Positions 37,729 through 46,317 of a stretch of 64,000 bases of DNA are shown piece after piece; the first letter of the stretch is position 1; the number at the start of each line of letters is the position of its first letter. The notes under the pieces are model-generated. The model did no database searches and had not been told where the DNA came from. It saw only the letters and a program-made list of their open reading frames with translations. The DNA is from an uncultured bacterium (GTDB lineage: Bacteria; Verrucomicrobiota; Lentisphaeria; Victivallales; UBA1829). A program made the translations under genes and the position numbers. The stretch spans positions 5,921-69,920 of the forward strand of contig CADCMR010000009.1 of NCBI GenBank assembly GCA_902802585.1, written 5' to 3'.

Positions 37729-38604
37729 ATGCGACACGACGAACTCCTCACCAGCCTGAAGAACCCGAAGGTCAAATACGCCGCGTCCCTGCGGGAACGC
37801 CGCGAACGCGACGCGCAGGGCGTGACGCTGCTCGAGGGCTACCGCGAACTCTTCCGCGCGGACGCCATCGGCCTCAGATTCCACGAGGTCTTCTACTGCC
37901 CCGAGCTCTTTCTCGGCGAAAACGAGGATGCGCTGCTGGATTCCCTTGCTTCGCACGGCGCATCGCTCTACCGCTGCACCGAGGACATCCTCCGCAAGCT
38001 CGCCTACCGCGACCGTCCCGAGGGGCTGATCGCCGTGATCGAGGTCAAACGCAAGACGCTTGCCGACATCCCGAAGGTGAAGGACGGACTTTACCTCGTC
38101 GCGGAGACCATCGAAAAGCCCGGCAACCTCGGCTCCATGCTCCGCAGCGCGGACGCCGTCGGCGCCACCGCCATGATCGTCTGCAACAAGCAGACCGACT
38201 TCTATAACCCGAACGTCATCCGCGCCAGCACCGGCGCGATCTTCTCTGTCCCGCTCGCCGAAGCCACCTCCGAGGAATGCCTCGCCTGGCTCCGTTCCTT
38301 CGGCATCCGCACGCTCGCCGCCACGCCGCACACCAAAAAGAATTTTACGGACGCGGACATGGCGCACGGCGTGGCGATCGTGGTCGGTGCCGAGCAGTTC
38401 GGTCTGACCCCGTACTGGATGGATTCCGCCGACCAGAAAGTCGTGATCCCGATGCTCGGACTGATGGATTCCCTGAACGTGGCGACCGCCGCGACAATCC
38501 TGCTGTACGAAGCGGCGCGCCAGCGCGGCTGGAAGTCCTCGGCTGCCGTCGACTACGATCTGGACCAGTTCGCGGGCGGCGAAAACTCGCTCGGACACGA
38601 CTGA
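37729..38604 (+). CDS. TrmH/SpoU-family RNA 2'-O-methyltransferase
   Basis: 291 aa from ATG 37729 (the track's TTG at 37693 is possible): LTSLKNPKVKYA...IEKPGNLGSMLRSADAVGA...IPMLGLMDSLNVATAATILLYE. Confidence 0.8.
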   Translation: MRHDELLTSLKNPKVKYAASLRERRERDAQGVTLLEGYRELFRADAIGLRFHEVFYCPELFLGENEDALLDSLASHGASLYRCTEDILRKLAYRDRPEGLIAVIEVKRKTLADIPKVKDGLYLVAETIEKPGNLGSMLRSADAVGATAMIVCNKQTDFYNPNVIRASTGAIFSVPLAEATSEECLAWLRSFGIRTLAATPHTKKNFTDADMAHGVAIVVGAEQFGLTPYWMDSADQKVVIPMLGLMDSLNVATAATILLYEAARQRGWKSSAAVDYDLDQFAGGENSLGHD

Positions 38605-38620
38605 TTTTTTCATTATTCGC

Positions 38621-38654
38621 GCTCCGCCGTTCGCGCCATCCGGAGCATCTTTCT
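38621..38654 (+). terminator. Weak putative terminator
   Basis: GCTCCG-14 nt-CGGAGC followed by ATCTTTCT. Short stem and poor U-tract. Confidence 0.35.
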
Positions 38655-38684
38655 ATATATATTGCTTTTTCCATGTTTTCCGGC

Positions 38685-38717
38685 TTGCTTTTGCGTTTTT
38701 ATGTTGTATAGTATAAT
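38685..38717 (+). promoter_or_regulatory. Putative promoter of the marR-NTase pair
   Basis: TTGCTT-16 nt-TATAGT, overlapping a consensus TATAAT at 38712-38717. Confidence 0.5.
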
Positions 38718-38777
38718 ATCAACATATTTTCTGGACTAAAACAATCCAATACCTCAACGGTAAGGAGAATAAACGAT

Positions 38778-39275
38778 ATGCCGGCCACCCCCGCATCCAC
38801 CCGCCGCACCCCGCAAATGTCCTGGGAACTGCTCTTCCAGATCACCGACCTGCTCCGCGTCCTCGGAGCCCCCGGAAACACGCTCAACAACAAGAAGATC
38901 ACGCTCGGCAAGATCCGCGTCATCAGCTATCTTTTCGCAAACATGGACCAGCCGCCGATGCTGAAGGACATTGCCGAAGTCTTCGGACTGACTCCCGGCG
39001 CGGTCTCCCAGACGATCGACTCCCTTGTGGAGGACGGCATCGTGCAGCGAGAACAGTCCAGCGAAGACCGCCGTGCCATCCATATCTCCCTCACGAAACA
39101 GGGCATCGCGCTGAAACGCCGCCACGACAACTACTTCACCGACTACATGGACCATTTCTTCCGCAACATTGACGAGAAGAAACAGCAGATCTTTCTGGAG
39201 GTGCTGGAGCAGATGGTCGAGACGCTTCAGCCCGAAGTCGAAAACCAGTCCGAAGAGACTGAAACAGAAGAATAA
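38778..39275 (+). CDS. MarR-family transcriptional regulator
   Basis: 165 aa. Winged-helix region: MLKDIAEVFGLTPGAVSQTIDSLVEDGIVQREQSSEDRRAIHISLT. AAGGAG RBS. Confidence 0.85.
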   Translation: MPATPASTRRTPQMSWELLFQITDLLRVLGAPGNTLNNKKITLGKIRVISYLFANMDQPPMLKDIAEVFGLTPGAVSQTIDSLVEDGIVQREQSSEDRRAIHISLTKQGIALKRRHDNYFTDYMDHFFRNIDEKKQQIFLEVLEQMVETLQPEVENQSEETETEE

Positions 39276-39305
39276 TCTGTTTCCCCGGTCATCCCGGCTG
39301 CCTTT

Positions 39306-39962
39306 ATGATCGGACTCGAATCCTGGCTGGAACGTTTTACGCGGGCTCTGCGTGAGACGTTCGGAGGGCGCGTGTGGTTCGCCGGGCTTCAGGGCAGCCG
39401 TGCGCGCGGCGAGGCGACGGAGTCCAGCGACATCGACTTGGTCGTGATCCTGGACGCCCTCACCGCGGAGGATATCGCGTCCTACGGCGCCATGCTGGAT
39501 TCGCTTGACCACAGGGAACTGGTCTGCGGATTTCTGTCCGGGAAAGAGGAACTGCTGCGCTGGGAGCCGTCGGAGCTGTTCCAGTTCTGCCGCGATACGA
39601 ATCCCCTGGTCGGTACATTGGATGATGTGTTGTCGCTCGTCAAGCCCGCCGACATCGACCGCGCGATCCTGACCGGAGCCTGCGGCGTTTACCATGGATG
39701 CATCCATAACATGCTTTACGAAAAAGACGAAGGCATCCTCCGCGGTCTGTATAAGACGGCGACCTTTTCCCTCCGCGCAACCACGTACCGCCGCACCGGG
39801 GTGTATTGCCGCCGTTTGGATGAGCTGTTGCAGTATGCGGCTGCCTCCGACAAAGAGATCGTCCAGGCGTTTCTCGCCATGAAAAACGGCGAACCCGTTG
39901 ATTTCGCCTCAGCCTCGAAAACGCTTTTCTCCTGGGCGAAGGAGAGAATCATACACGCATGA
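39306..39962 (+). CDS. Pol-beta-superfamily nucleotidyltransferase with helical C-domain (KNTase/ANT-like architecture)
   Basis: 218 aa. GLQGSRARGEATESSDIDLVVIL is the GS-X(n)-DxD NTase motif, followed by about 120 aa predicted helical. No obvious SD. Confidence 0.65.
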   Translation: MIGLESWLERFTRALRETFGGRVWFAGLQGSRARGEATESSDIDLVVILDALTAEDIASYGAMLDSLDHRELVCGFLSGKEELLRWEPSELFQFCRDTNPLVGTLDDVLSLVKPADIDRAILTGACGVYHGCIHNMLYEKDEGILRGLYKTATFSLRATTYRRTGVYCRRLDELLQYAAASDKEIVQAFLAMKNGEPVDFASASKTLFSWAKERIIHA

Positions 39963-39986
39963 CAGTTCAGATGCCTTTGGCATCGT

Positions 39987-40024
39987 AAAAGAATGCACCG
40001 TCCGTCTGGGTTGACGAACGGTGC
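39987..40024. terminator. Putative terminator hairpin between convergent NTase and xylB
   Basis: GCACCGTCCG-10 nt-CGAACGGTGC (1 mismatch), with an A-run on the plus-strand 5' side, which is a U-run for minus-strand xylB. Confidence 0.5.
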
Positions 40025-40050
40025 ATCGTTGTCTCAGGAAAGACGATGGA

Positions 40051-41580
40051 TCAGCCGCGGCTGGATTCGAGGGCGGCGTAATCCGCCATCATGCCGTCGT
40101 AGAGGCCGCGCAGGGAGGCGTCGGGCTCAATGACGGAGGCGGAGGCGCAGAACATCGCGTAGAGGTCCTCGAAGGGGGTTCCTTCGATGCCGTTGGCGGC
40201 GCGGATGGCTGCGCCGAGGGATGCGGAGTTCGCGATGGAGACGGTCTCGATCTTCGCCTGGAAGACGTCGGCGAGGATCTGGCGGAAGGTTGCGCTCTTG
40301 GACGCGCCGCCGGTCACGCGGATGCGCTTGAAGCTGCCGTCGCCCTGCCACGCGGAGTGGCGGCGCATGGTGAGCGCCTGGGATTCGAGGAGGCAGCGGA
40401 TCTGTTCCGCCTTGGATGCGGAGGCGGGGTCGAAGTTGCGGACGACGCCGGCGGGGACGGCGGGCGTATTTTCGGCTTCGTAGTAGGGGAGCATCAGCTT
40501 GCCGCCGTTGCCGGGCTTGGTCTCGGCGCACGCGGTGACGTCGAAGAAGTGCCAGTCCACGCCGAGCTCGTCGCGGAGGTGTTCGCGTGCGAAGGAGCCG
40601 TTGGTGAAGCAGATGAGGCTCATGAAGCCGCCCGCCGGGTTGCCGAACACGTGGCCGCATCCGTCCGGATCGGTCACGAAATCCTGCATGGTGGCGAAGA
40701 AGGTGTCACTGGTGCCGAGGCTGATGACCGCGGTGCCGAAGGAGCCGCCGCCGACGCCGATCAGGCTGCACGGATTATCGCCGGACCAGACCACGACCGG
40801 GATGCCCGCGGTCAGTCCGTACTTGGTGAAGTAGGCGGAGAGCTTGCCCGCGACGGTGTTCGAGGGCTTCACGGGCGGGAGCTTGTTCATGAGGTCGGGC
40901 GCGGTGGCGGCGGTGATCTCGGGATCCCACGCAAGTGTATGGAGGTTCAGCAGGTTCATGCCGGCGCCGTCGCCGTAGTCGATCGGGGTGTCCCCGCCGC
41001 AGAGAACGGAGCAGAGGAAGGAGCTCACGAGGTGCACGGTCTTCGTCTTCGCCCAGGCTTCCGGCTCGGTCACGGCGAACTTGCGGATCTGCGGACCGGT
41101 GAAGCGCACGATCGCCGGGCTGCCGGTGTCCCTGCGGAGCCTTTCGCCGAACTGCTCGGTCAGCCAGGCGCATTCCTTGTCGGTGGACTTGTCCATCCAG
41201 ATCGGGGCGACCGCGCGGGAAAGGAGAGGCGTGAGCTGGTCGGCGAGGGGCTTCGCGGGATCCCAGTCGGCGATCGGGGCGCCCAGGTAGACGGACCCGT
41301 GCTGCTGACCCGAGCCGGAGATGCCGGCGATCTTTTCCATCGGGAAATCCGCCTTTTTCATGCGGTCGAACAGCATGTCCATGGCGGCGACCCACATGCG
41401 CGGATCCGCCTGGCGGACGTTTTCGTCGTCGTTGGGAAGGTATCCGCTCGGGGATTTGTATTCCGGCAGATCGTTCTTGAAGTTGACCGCGAAGGAGCCG
41501 ACGACTTTGCCGGCGACGGTGTCGATGACCTCGGCTTTGAGGCCCTGCGTGCTGGAGTCAAGACCCAGATAGTAGCTCAT
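40051..41580 (-). CDS. xylB: Xylulokinase (FGGY family, eukaryote-like XKS-type N-terminus)
   Basis: 509 aa: MSYYLGLDSSTQGLKA..., ISGSGQQHGSVYL, VTGGASKS. Confidence 0.85.
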   Translation of the reverse strand: MSYYLGLDSSTQGLKAEVIDTVAGKVVGSFAVNFKNDLPEYKSPSGYLPNDDENVRQADPRMWVAAMDMLFDRMKKADFPMEKIAGISGSGQQHGSVYLGAPIADWDPAKPLADQLTPLLSRAVAPIWMDKSTDKECAWLTEQFGERLRRDTGSPAIVRFTGPQIRKFAVTEPEAWAKTKTVHLVSSFLCSVLCGGDTPIDYGDGAGMNLLNLHTLAWDPEITAATAPDLMNKLPPVKPSNTVAGKLSAYFTKYGLTAGIPVVVWSGDNPCSLIGVGGGSFGTAVISLGTSDTFFATMQDFVTDPDGCGHVFGNPAGGFMSLICFTNGSFAREHLRDELGVDWHFFDVTACAETKPGNGGKLMLPYYEAENTPAVPAGVVRNFDPASASKAEQIRCLLESQALTMRRHSAWQGDGSFKRIRVTGGASKSATFRQILADVFQAKIETVSIANSASLGAAIRAANGIEGTPFEDLYAMFCASASVIEPDASLRGLYDGMMADYAALESSRG

Positions 41581-41634
41581 TGTTGCATCCTGTTCTGATG
41601 TTGTTTGGTTGATGAGATGAGGATATACTACATA

Positions 41635-41662
41635 ACAATAGCCTTGAAAGGCGTTTTTTCAA
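41635..41662 (-). promoter_or_regulatory. Putative xylB promoter
   Basis: Minus strand TTGAAA-16 nt-TATTGT. Confidence 0.4.
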
Positions 41663-41712
41663 GAGAACGACTTGATTTTCTCCCGTTTTTTCTTGTAAAA
41701 AAGCTTGTCCTG

Positions 41713-41752
41713 AAAAACGGAAAGCCCGGCTCCGCGGATGGTGGAGCCGGGC
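41713..41752 (-). terminator. Intrinsic terminator after the Pro-rich protein gene
   Basis: Minus strand GCCCGGCTCC-9 nt-GGAGCCGGGC (perfect 10 bp) followed by TTTCCGTTTTT. Confidence 0.75.
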
Positions 41753-41812
41753 AGACGTTGAACTGTTCCATGAACTGTCGGAAGCGCGATGCGTCTTGCC
41801 TCCGAACTCGGT

Positions 41813-42481
41813 TCAACGGCCTTTGCGAGGGACGCCGTGCTGGCTCGGCGCGACCGGGATTGCGCCGCCTTTCTTCTCCGCCGGGCGGACGACGACCGTG
41901 CGGGCAGGTTCGCGACGGGGTTCCGCGCGGTGCACCACGGGCGCGGGGCTGTGACCGATACGCGGTTCCGGACGGACTACAACCGTGCGCGGAGGCGGCG
42001 GATCATGACGGGGACGCGGCGGAGGCGCCCATCTCGGCGGAGCCGGAGGACGCGGACCGATTCCGCCCCAGACCCAGGCGTCGGCATAGTAGAACCATCC
42101 ATCGTAGTACGGGACGTATTCCCCGTAGTAGTAGCCGTAGCTGTACTCCGGGATTGTCGTGACGGCGCCCGTCACGATTGTGGTCGTCGGCGTGGTGGTG
42201 ACGACCGGCGTGGTCGTGACGACCGGCGTGGTCGTGACGACCGGCGTGGTCGTGACGACTTGCGTTTCGACCACGCGCGGCTGCGGCGTCACAATGACCG
42301 GAGCGGGGCGCGGTTCGAAGACCGAGCGCACCAGGTTTACGATGTCGGCAGCGAGCTGGATGCCGTTGCTCGGGCGTGGCGGGGGCGGACCGTGGCGTCC
42401 CTGCGCGAAAGCTGCCGGAGCGAGGATTACCGCCGCGGTGATCGCGGCGCCGATAGCGAGCGTCTTGTTGAGAGTCTTCAT
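41813..42481 (-). CDS. Secreted proline/threonine-rich repeat protein with Tyr/Trp-rich core
   Basis: 222 aa with signal peptide MKTLNKTLAIGAAITAAVILAPAAFAQ. Contains (TTTPVV)x4, YSYGYYYGEYVPYYDGWFYYADAWVW and PPPR-rich flanks. AGGAG RBS. I recognise no family. Confidence 0.65.
   Translation of the reverse strand: MKTLNKTLAIGAAITAAVILAPAAFAQGRHGPPPPRPSNGIQLAADIVNLVRSVFEPRPAPVIVTPQPRVVETQVVTTTPVVTTTPVVTTTPVVTTTPTTTIVTGAVTTIPEYSYGYYYGEYVPYYDGWFYYADAWVWGGIGPRPPAPPRWAPPPRPRHDPPPPRTVVVRPEPRIGHSPAPVVHRAEPRREPARTVVVRPAEKKGGAIPVAPSQHGVPRKGR
42180..42269 (-). repeat. In-frame 18-bp tandem repeat (3 perfect + 2 diverged copies) encoding (TTTPVV)n
   Basis: Plus-strand unit GTGACGACCGGCGTGGTC at 42198, 42216 and 42234, flanked by diverged copies. 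Confidence 0.9.
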
Positions 42482-42549
42482 AGTCGGATCTCCTATGTTG
42501 AGGGTTTAAGAATCAATTCAAACAACGAACGTTCTTGTTGATCTAATAA

Positions 42550-42578
42550 AATATAATCCGAATTGTTCGCAATGTCAA
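42550..42578 (-). promoter_or_regulatory. Near-consensus sigma-70 promoter of the Pro-rich protein gene
   Basis: Minus strand TTGACA-17 nt-TATATT in a very AT-rich spacer. Confidence 0.65.
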
Positions 42579-42635
42579 ATTGATTTTTAAACTTTTTTCG
42601 ATTTTTTTTGGTAATCCGAATAATTCAAGCTCAAA

Positions 42636-44765
42636 CTAGATGCCGCTGTCCTCCCCTTCTTCGTCCCTGTCCAGATGATGGACATCCGACAGATACCCGT
42701 CGAACGTGTCCAGAATGGATGCGATGAACGGTTTCCGCTCGGTTTCGCGCCGCAACGCCTCCATATCCTCTTTCTGTTTGCGCTGCGCGGGCGTGACCAG
42801 TCCGGCGCGGCGTTCAATGTTTAAAAACGCTCCGGGACGTTCCGCGATTGCGGCGAGTCTCATGTCGAGCAGAGGTTTTTCGCGTGAGACCAGCATGGAT
42901 TCGCCCATGGAGTACACCGAATCGAACGCGACCTTGAGGCATGGACCGTTGAACGAGACGACCTTACCCGCGAGCATCGCCTGGGCGAGCGTCTTTTTGC
43001 AGAGGGTTTCACGGACGTCGAAGATCAGCTGTTCCCAGATGACCGGACCGGAAATCTCCTCGACTTCAGCGTCGGCGTCTTTCTGGGCGGGCGCGGCGGA
43101 GCGGCGTGCGCGAGGCGCTTTGACACGGACGGCGTTCTCTTCCTCGGGCGGACGTTCGATGACAGGCTCTGTGACGACTTCGACCTGAGGTTCGGGCGCG
43201 GGCTCCTGTTTCGCCTCGGCTTGAGGTGCGGAGACAGCCTCGGAAACCGGTTCGGCGATGACCTCGACCTGAGGTTCGGGCGCGGGCTCCTGTTTCGCCT
43301 CGGCTTGAGGCGCGGAAACAACTTCGGGAACCGGTTCGGCGATGACCTCGACCTGAGGTTCGTGTGCGGCGACGGGGTCTACATGCGTGGCGGCAGGGGC
43401 GTTTTCAACGGACGTTTTTTTTTCCGTTTCAGGCTCGGACTGAGCTTGCGGCGCGATTTGCGGCGCGGCCGACGGTTCCGGATGTTTCCCGATCTCGTTC
43501 ACGGGGATGGCGGGAATGGACGGCACGGCGAATCTCGAGCCGGGCGCGGTGAACGCCTGTCCGGCGGGGAGTTCGTAGAGCGGGACGACGGATTCGAGGG
43601 GAGCGAGTTCGCCGGCGGAGCGGATCTGGTTGAGGCGCGCGATGAGGTCGGAGATTTGTGGCTCATGCGCGATGCGCATTGCTTTCAGGAGGATGGATTC
43701 GAGGAAGACCTGCTTGTTAATGGCGTCGCGGAGGAGGTATCCCGCGCCGGAGATGCTTTCGAGGAGGCGCTGGACCGAGGCGGGCGCGATGGTTTCGGCG
43801 ATGCGGCGGAACGCGCCGATCTTTTCCGGCGTTTCGTCGAGCACGGAGGTGGTGTTGTCGCCGAGGATGCGGCTGAGCAGGATGCCGCGGAGCCAGGAGA
43901 TGATCTCCTCGAAGAGCGTTTCGAGGTTTTTTCCCTGGTCGGCGAAGTCGTGGATGTCGCGGATGACGGCGGCGCGGTCGTTGTGCGTGATGGAGTTCAG
44001 GAGCGCTTCCATTTCCCCGGGCGCGGTGAGACCGAAGAGGTCAAGCGCCTGTTTTTCTGTGATGCCGGATTCGTCGCCGCCGAAGAAGGAGATGAGCTGG
44101 TCGAGCAGGGACTGGGCGTCGCGCATTCCGCCGTCCGCCGCTTGCGCGATGACGTCGATCGCTTCCTTGGAGATTTTGACGTTTTCGGCGTCGGCGATCA
44201 TCTTGAGGCGCGCGGCGATGGCGGTCGCCTGGATGCGGCGGAGGTCGAAACGCTGGCAGCGGGAGATGACCGTGGGGAGGACCTTGTTGACCTCGGTCGT
44301 GGCGAAGATGAACTTGGCGTGGGCGGGCGGCTCCTCAATGGTCTTGAGGAGGGCGTTCCATGCGCTCTTCGAGAGCATGTGCACTTCGTCGATGATGTAG
44401 ATTTTATACTTGGAGCGGATGGGGAGGTGCTGGACGTCCTCGCAGAGTTCGCGCGCTTTTTCAACCTGGGTGTGCGTGGCGGCGTCGATCTCGATCACGT
44501 CCACGTTCGTTTCGTCGGCGATGGACCGGCAGGACTCGCATTCGCAGCACGGTTCGCCGTCCCGCGGGTTTTCGCAGTTCAGCGCCTTGGCGAAGATGCG
44601 CGCCGTGGTGGTCTTCCCGATGCCGCGCGGTCCGACGAACAGGTACGCGTGGGCGATACGACCGGACTTCACGGCGTTTTTGAGCGTGCGTGCGATATGT
44701 TCCTGTCCGACCATGTCGGAGAAGCGCTGCGGACGCCATTTTCTGGCGATTACCTGATATGACAT
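42636..44765 (-). CDS. dnaX: DNA polymerase III subunit gamma/tau with repeat-containing linker
   Basis: 709 aa: MSYQVIARKWRPQRFSDMVGQEHI, GPRGIGKTTTARIFAKALNC, CCECESC zinc module, IIDEVHMLS. Confidence 0.93.
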   Translation of the reverse strand: MSYQVIARKWRPQRFSDMVGQEHIARTLKNAVKSGRIAHAYLFVGPRGIGKTTTARIFAKALNCENPRDGEPCCECESCRSIADETNVDVIEIDAATHTQVEKARELCEDVQHLPIRSKYKIYIIDEVHMLSKSAWNALLKTIEEPPAHAKFIFATTEVNKVLPTVISRCQRFDLRRIQATAIAARLKMIADAENVKISKEAIDVIAQAADGGMRDAQSLLDQLISFFGGDESGITEKQALDLFGLTAPGEMEALLNSITHNDRAAVIRDIHDFADQGKNLETLFEEIISWLRGILLSRILGDNTTSVLDETPEKIGAFRRIAETIAPASVQRLLESISGAGYLLRDAINKQVFLESILLKAMRIAHEPQISDLIARLNQIRSAGELAPLESVVPLYELPAGQAFTAPGSRFAVPSIPAIPVNEIGKHPEPSAAPQIAPQAQSEPETEKKTSVENAPAATHVDPVAAHEPQVEVIAEPVPEVVSAPQAEAKQEPAPEPQVEVIAEPVSEAVSAPQAEAKQEPAPEPQVEVVTEPVIERPPEEENAVRVKAPRARRSAAPAQKDADAEVEEISGPVIWEQLIFDVRETLCKKTLAQAMLAGKVVSFNGPCLKVAFDSVYSMGESMLVSREKPLLDMRLAAIAERPGAFLNIERRAGLVTPAQRKQKEDMEALRRETERKPFIASILDTFDGYLSDVHHLDRDEEGEDSGI
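43181..43372 (-). repeat. In-frame 84-bp tandem repeat (about 2.3 copies) in the dnaX linker
   Basis: Units start at 43181, 43265 and 43349. They encode EPQVEVIAEPV(P/S)E(V/A)VSAPQAEAKQEPAP. Confidence 0.9.
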
Positions 44766-44803
44766 ACCTTGGGTTTCCTTCCGTTACGGGCGGCGCGCCG
44801 GGA

Positions 44804-46108
44804 TCACATGTGCCAGGTGTTGAGGCGGACCGCCTGCCACAGGGAGCCGACCGGGTCGATTTTCTTGCGTTCCTTCACCGCCATGGGGATCGGCACGTGG
44901 GTAAAGGATTCGCTCCAGTGGCCGATGACGACGTCGGTGCGGCCGGACATGGCTGCGTGGACGGCGTTCTGCGCGAGCATGAGGCAGAATACGGCGTCGG
45001 TGCCGTTCGCCGCGCCGGCGCGGATCTGGTAGGTGGGGTCGAAATACTTCACATTGACCTCGATGCCCGCCTCCTTCGCCTGCTTTTTGATCTCGTCCTT
45101 AAGGAAGATGCCGATATTCTTGTTGAGCAGGTTGCCGGACTTGTCGAGTTCGCGTTCGCCGGGGATGAGGTCCTGTCCGGCGCCCTCCGCCACGATGATG
45201 ACCGCGTGGTGGCGGCGCTTGATGCGTTCGAAGAGGATCGGCATGAACGGATGGTCGCCGTCGTTGAGCGTGAACTTGACCTCGGGAACGAGGCAGAAGT
45301 TGATGTGTGTGTTGGCGAGCGTGGCGTAGGCGGCGATGAATCCGCTGTCGCGGCCCATCACGTGGATCAGACCGATGCCGTTGTACGCGCCTTTCGCCTC
45401 GTTGTGCGCTGCCGTAATGATCGGGTTCGTGGCGTACACGGCGGTCTCGAATCCGAATGTGCGGTCCATGAAGCAGATGTCGTTGTCGATCGTCTTCGGG
45501 ATGCCGACCACGCTGATTTTCAGGTTGCGCGCCTTCGCAGCTTCGGCGATGGCGTGGGCGCTGCGGAGCGTGCCGTCGCCGCCGATGCAGAAGAGCATGT
45601 TGATGTCCATGCGGACGAGCGTCTCCAGCATCTTTTCCGGATCCTGCGCCCCGCGCGAGGAGCCGAGGATGGTGCCGCCCGTCTCATGGATGTTGTCGAC
45701 CGTGTCCTCGTTGAGGATGATGGGCTGGTAGCCGAGTTCGGAATTGAGACCGGCGTAGCCGTACGGGATGCCGTAGACCAGCGGCACGCCGTAGGTCTGG
45801 CGCAGGGTCAGCGTGAGCCCCTTGATCACGTCGTTCAGACCGGGGCAGAGACCGCCCGCGGTGAGGATCGCCGCCTTGCTCCAGCGCGGGTCGTGGAAGA
45901 TCATCTTGCGGATGCCGGCGCGCTCGAAGACCGGCACATAGCCGTTCATCGCCTTTGTGTGTTCGAGCAGGAACGTATAGTCGCGGTCGAGCAGGATCGC
46001 CTCGTCGTCGGAGTGGAAATGGACCGGGCTGTCGATGAGCGGGGATTTGATCTGGCATTCGCCGAGTTTGCTGACTTCAAAAAACTTGGGGTTGACGGAC
46101 GCGGGCAT
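44804..46108 (-). CDS. 6-phosphofructokinase (phosphoryl donor, ATP or PPi, ambiguous)
   Basis: 434 aa from ATG 46108 (AAGGA 9 nt upstream; the track's TTG at 46114 is too close to the RBS): ILTAGGLCPGLNDVIKG, CIGGDGTLRSA, GIPKTIDNDI. Confidence 0.9.
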   Translation of the reverse strand: MPASVNPKFFEVSKLGECQIKSPLIDSPVHFHSDDEAILLDRDYTFLLEHTKAMNGYVPVFERAGIRKMIFHDPRWSKAAILTAGGLCPGLNDVIKGLTLTLRQTYGVPLVYGIPYGYAGLNSELGYQPIILNEDTVDNIHETGGTILGSSRGAQDPEKMLETLVRMDINMLFCIGGDGTLRSAHAIAEAAKARNLKISVVGIPKTIDNDICFMDRTFGFETAVYATNPIITAAHNEAKGAYNGIGLIHVMGRDSGFIAAYATLANTHINFCLVPEVKFTLNDGDHPFMPILFERIKRRHHAVIIVAEGAGQDLIPGERELDKSGNLLNKNIGIFLKDEIKKQAKEAGIEVNVKYFDPTYQIRAGAANGTDAVFCLMLAQNAVHAAMSGRTDVVIGHWSESFTHVPIPMAVKERKKIDPVGSLWQAVRLNTWHM

Positions 46109-46167
46109 GGGCAATCATCCTTCTTTGATACGGGTATTCGGGTTGGTTGTTGTATTTATTTAGAAAA

Positions 46168-46196
46168 AATATATACCCGTTTTGAACGCTTTTCAA
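46168..46196 (-). promoter_or_regulatory. Putative pfk-dnaX promoter
   Basis: Minus strand TTGAAA-17 nt-TATATT. Confidence 0.5.
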
Positions 46197-46317
46197 GGCG
46201 TTTTCCCGAAAAAACCGATTTGAATCCGCCGAGCGTGCTGCCGGGCGCGCATAGAAAGCAGGGAATGCCGGGATGTGCTCATCGTCGTGCCGGAAACGTC
46301 CCGTCCCACGTGCCATT

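Noticed and set aside
42636-44765. Programmed -1 frameshift site in dnaX.
   Set aside because: By eye I found only 5-A runs (for example plus-strand CTTTTT at about 42995, 44040 and 44455). None forms an A-AAA-AAG heptamer in the right frame. I make no claim without a computational scan.
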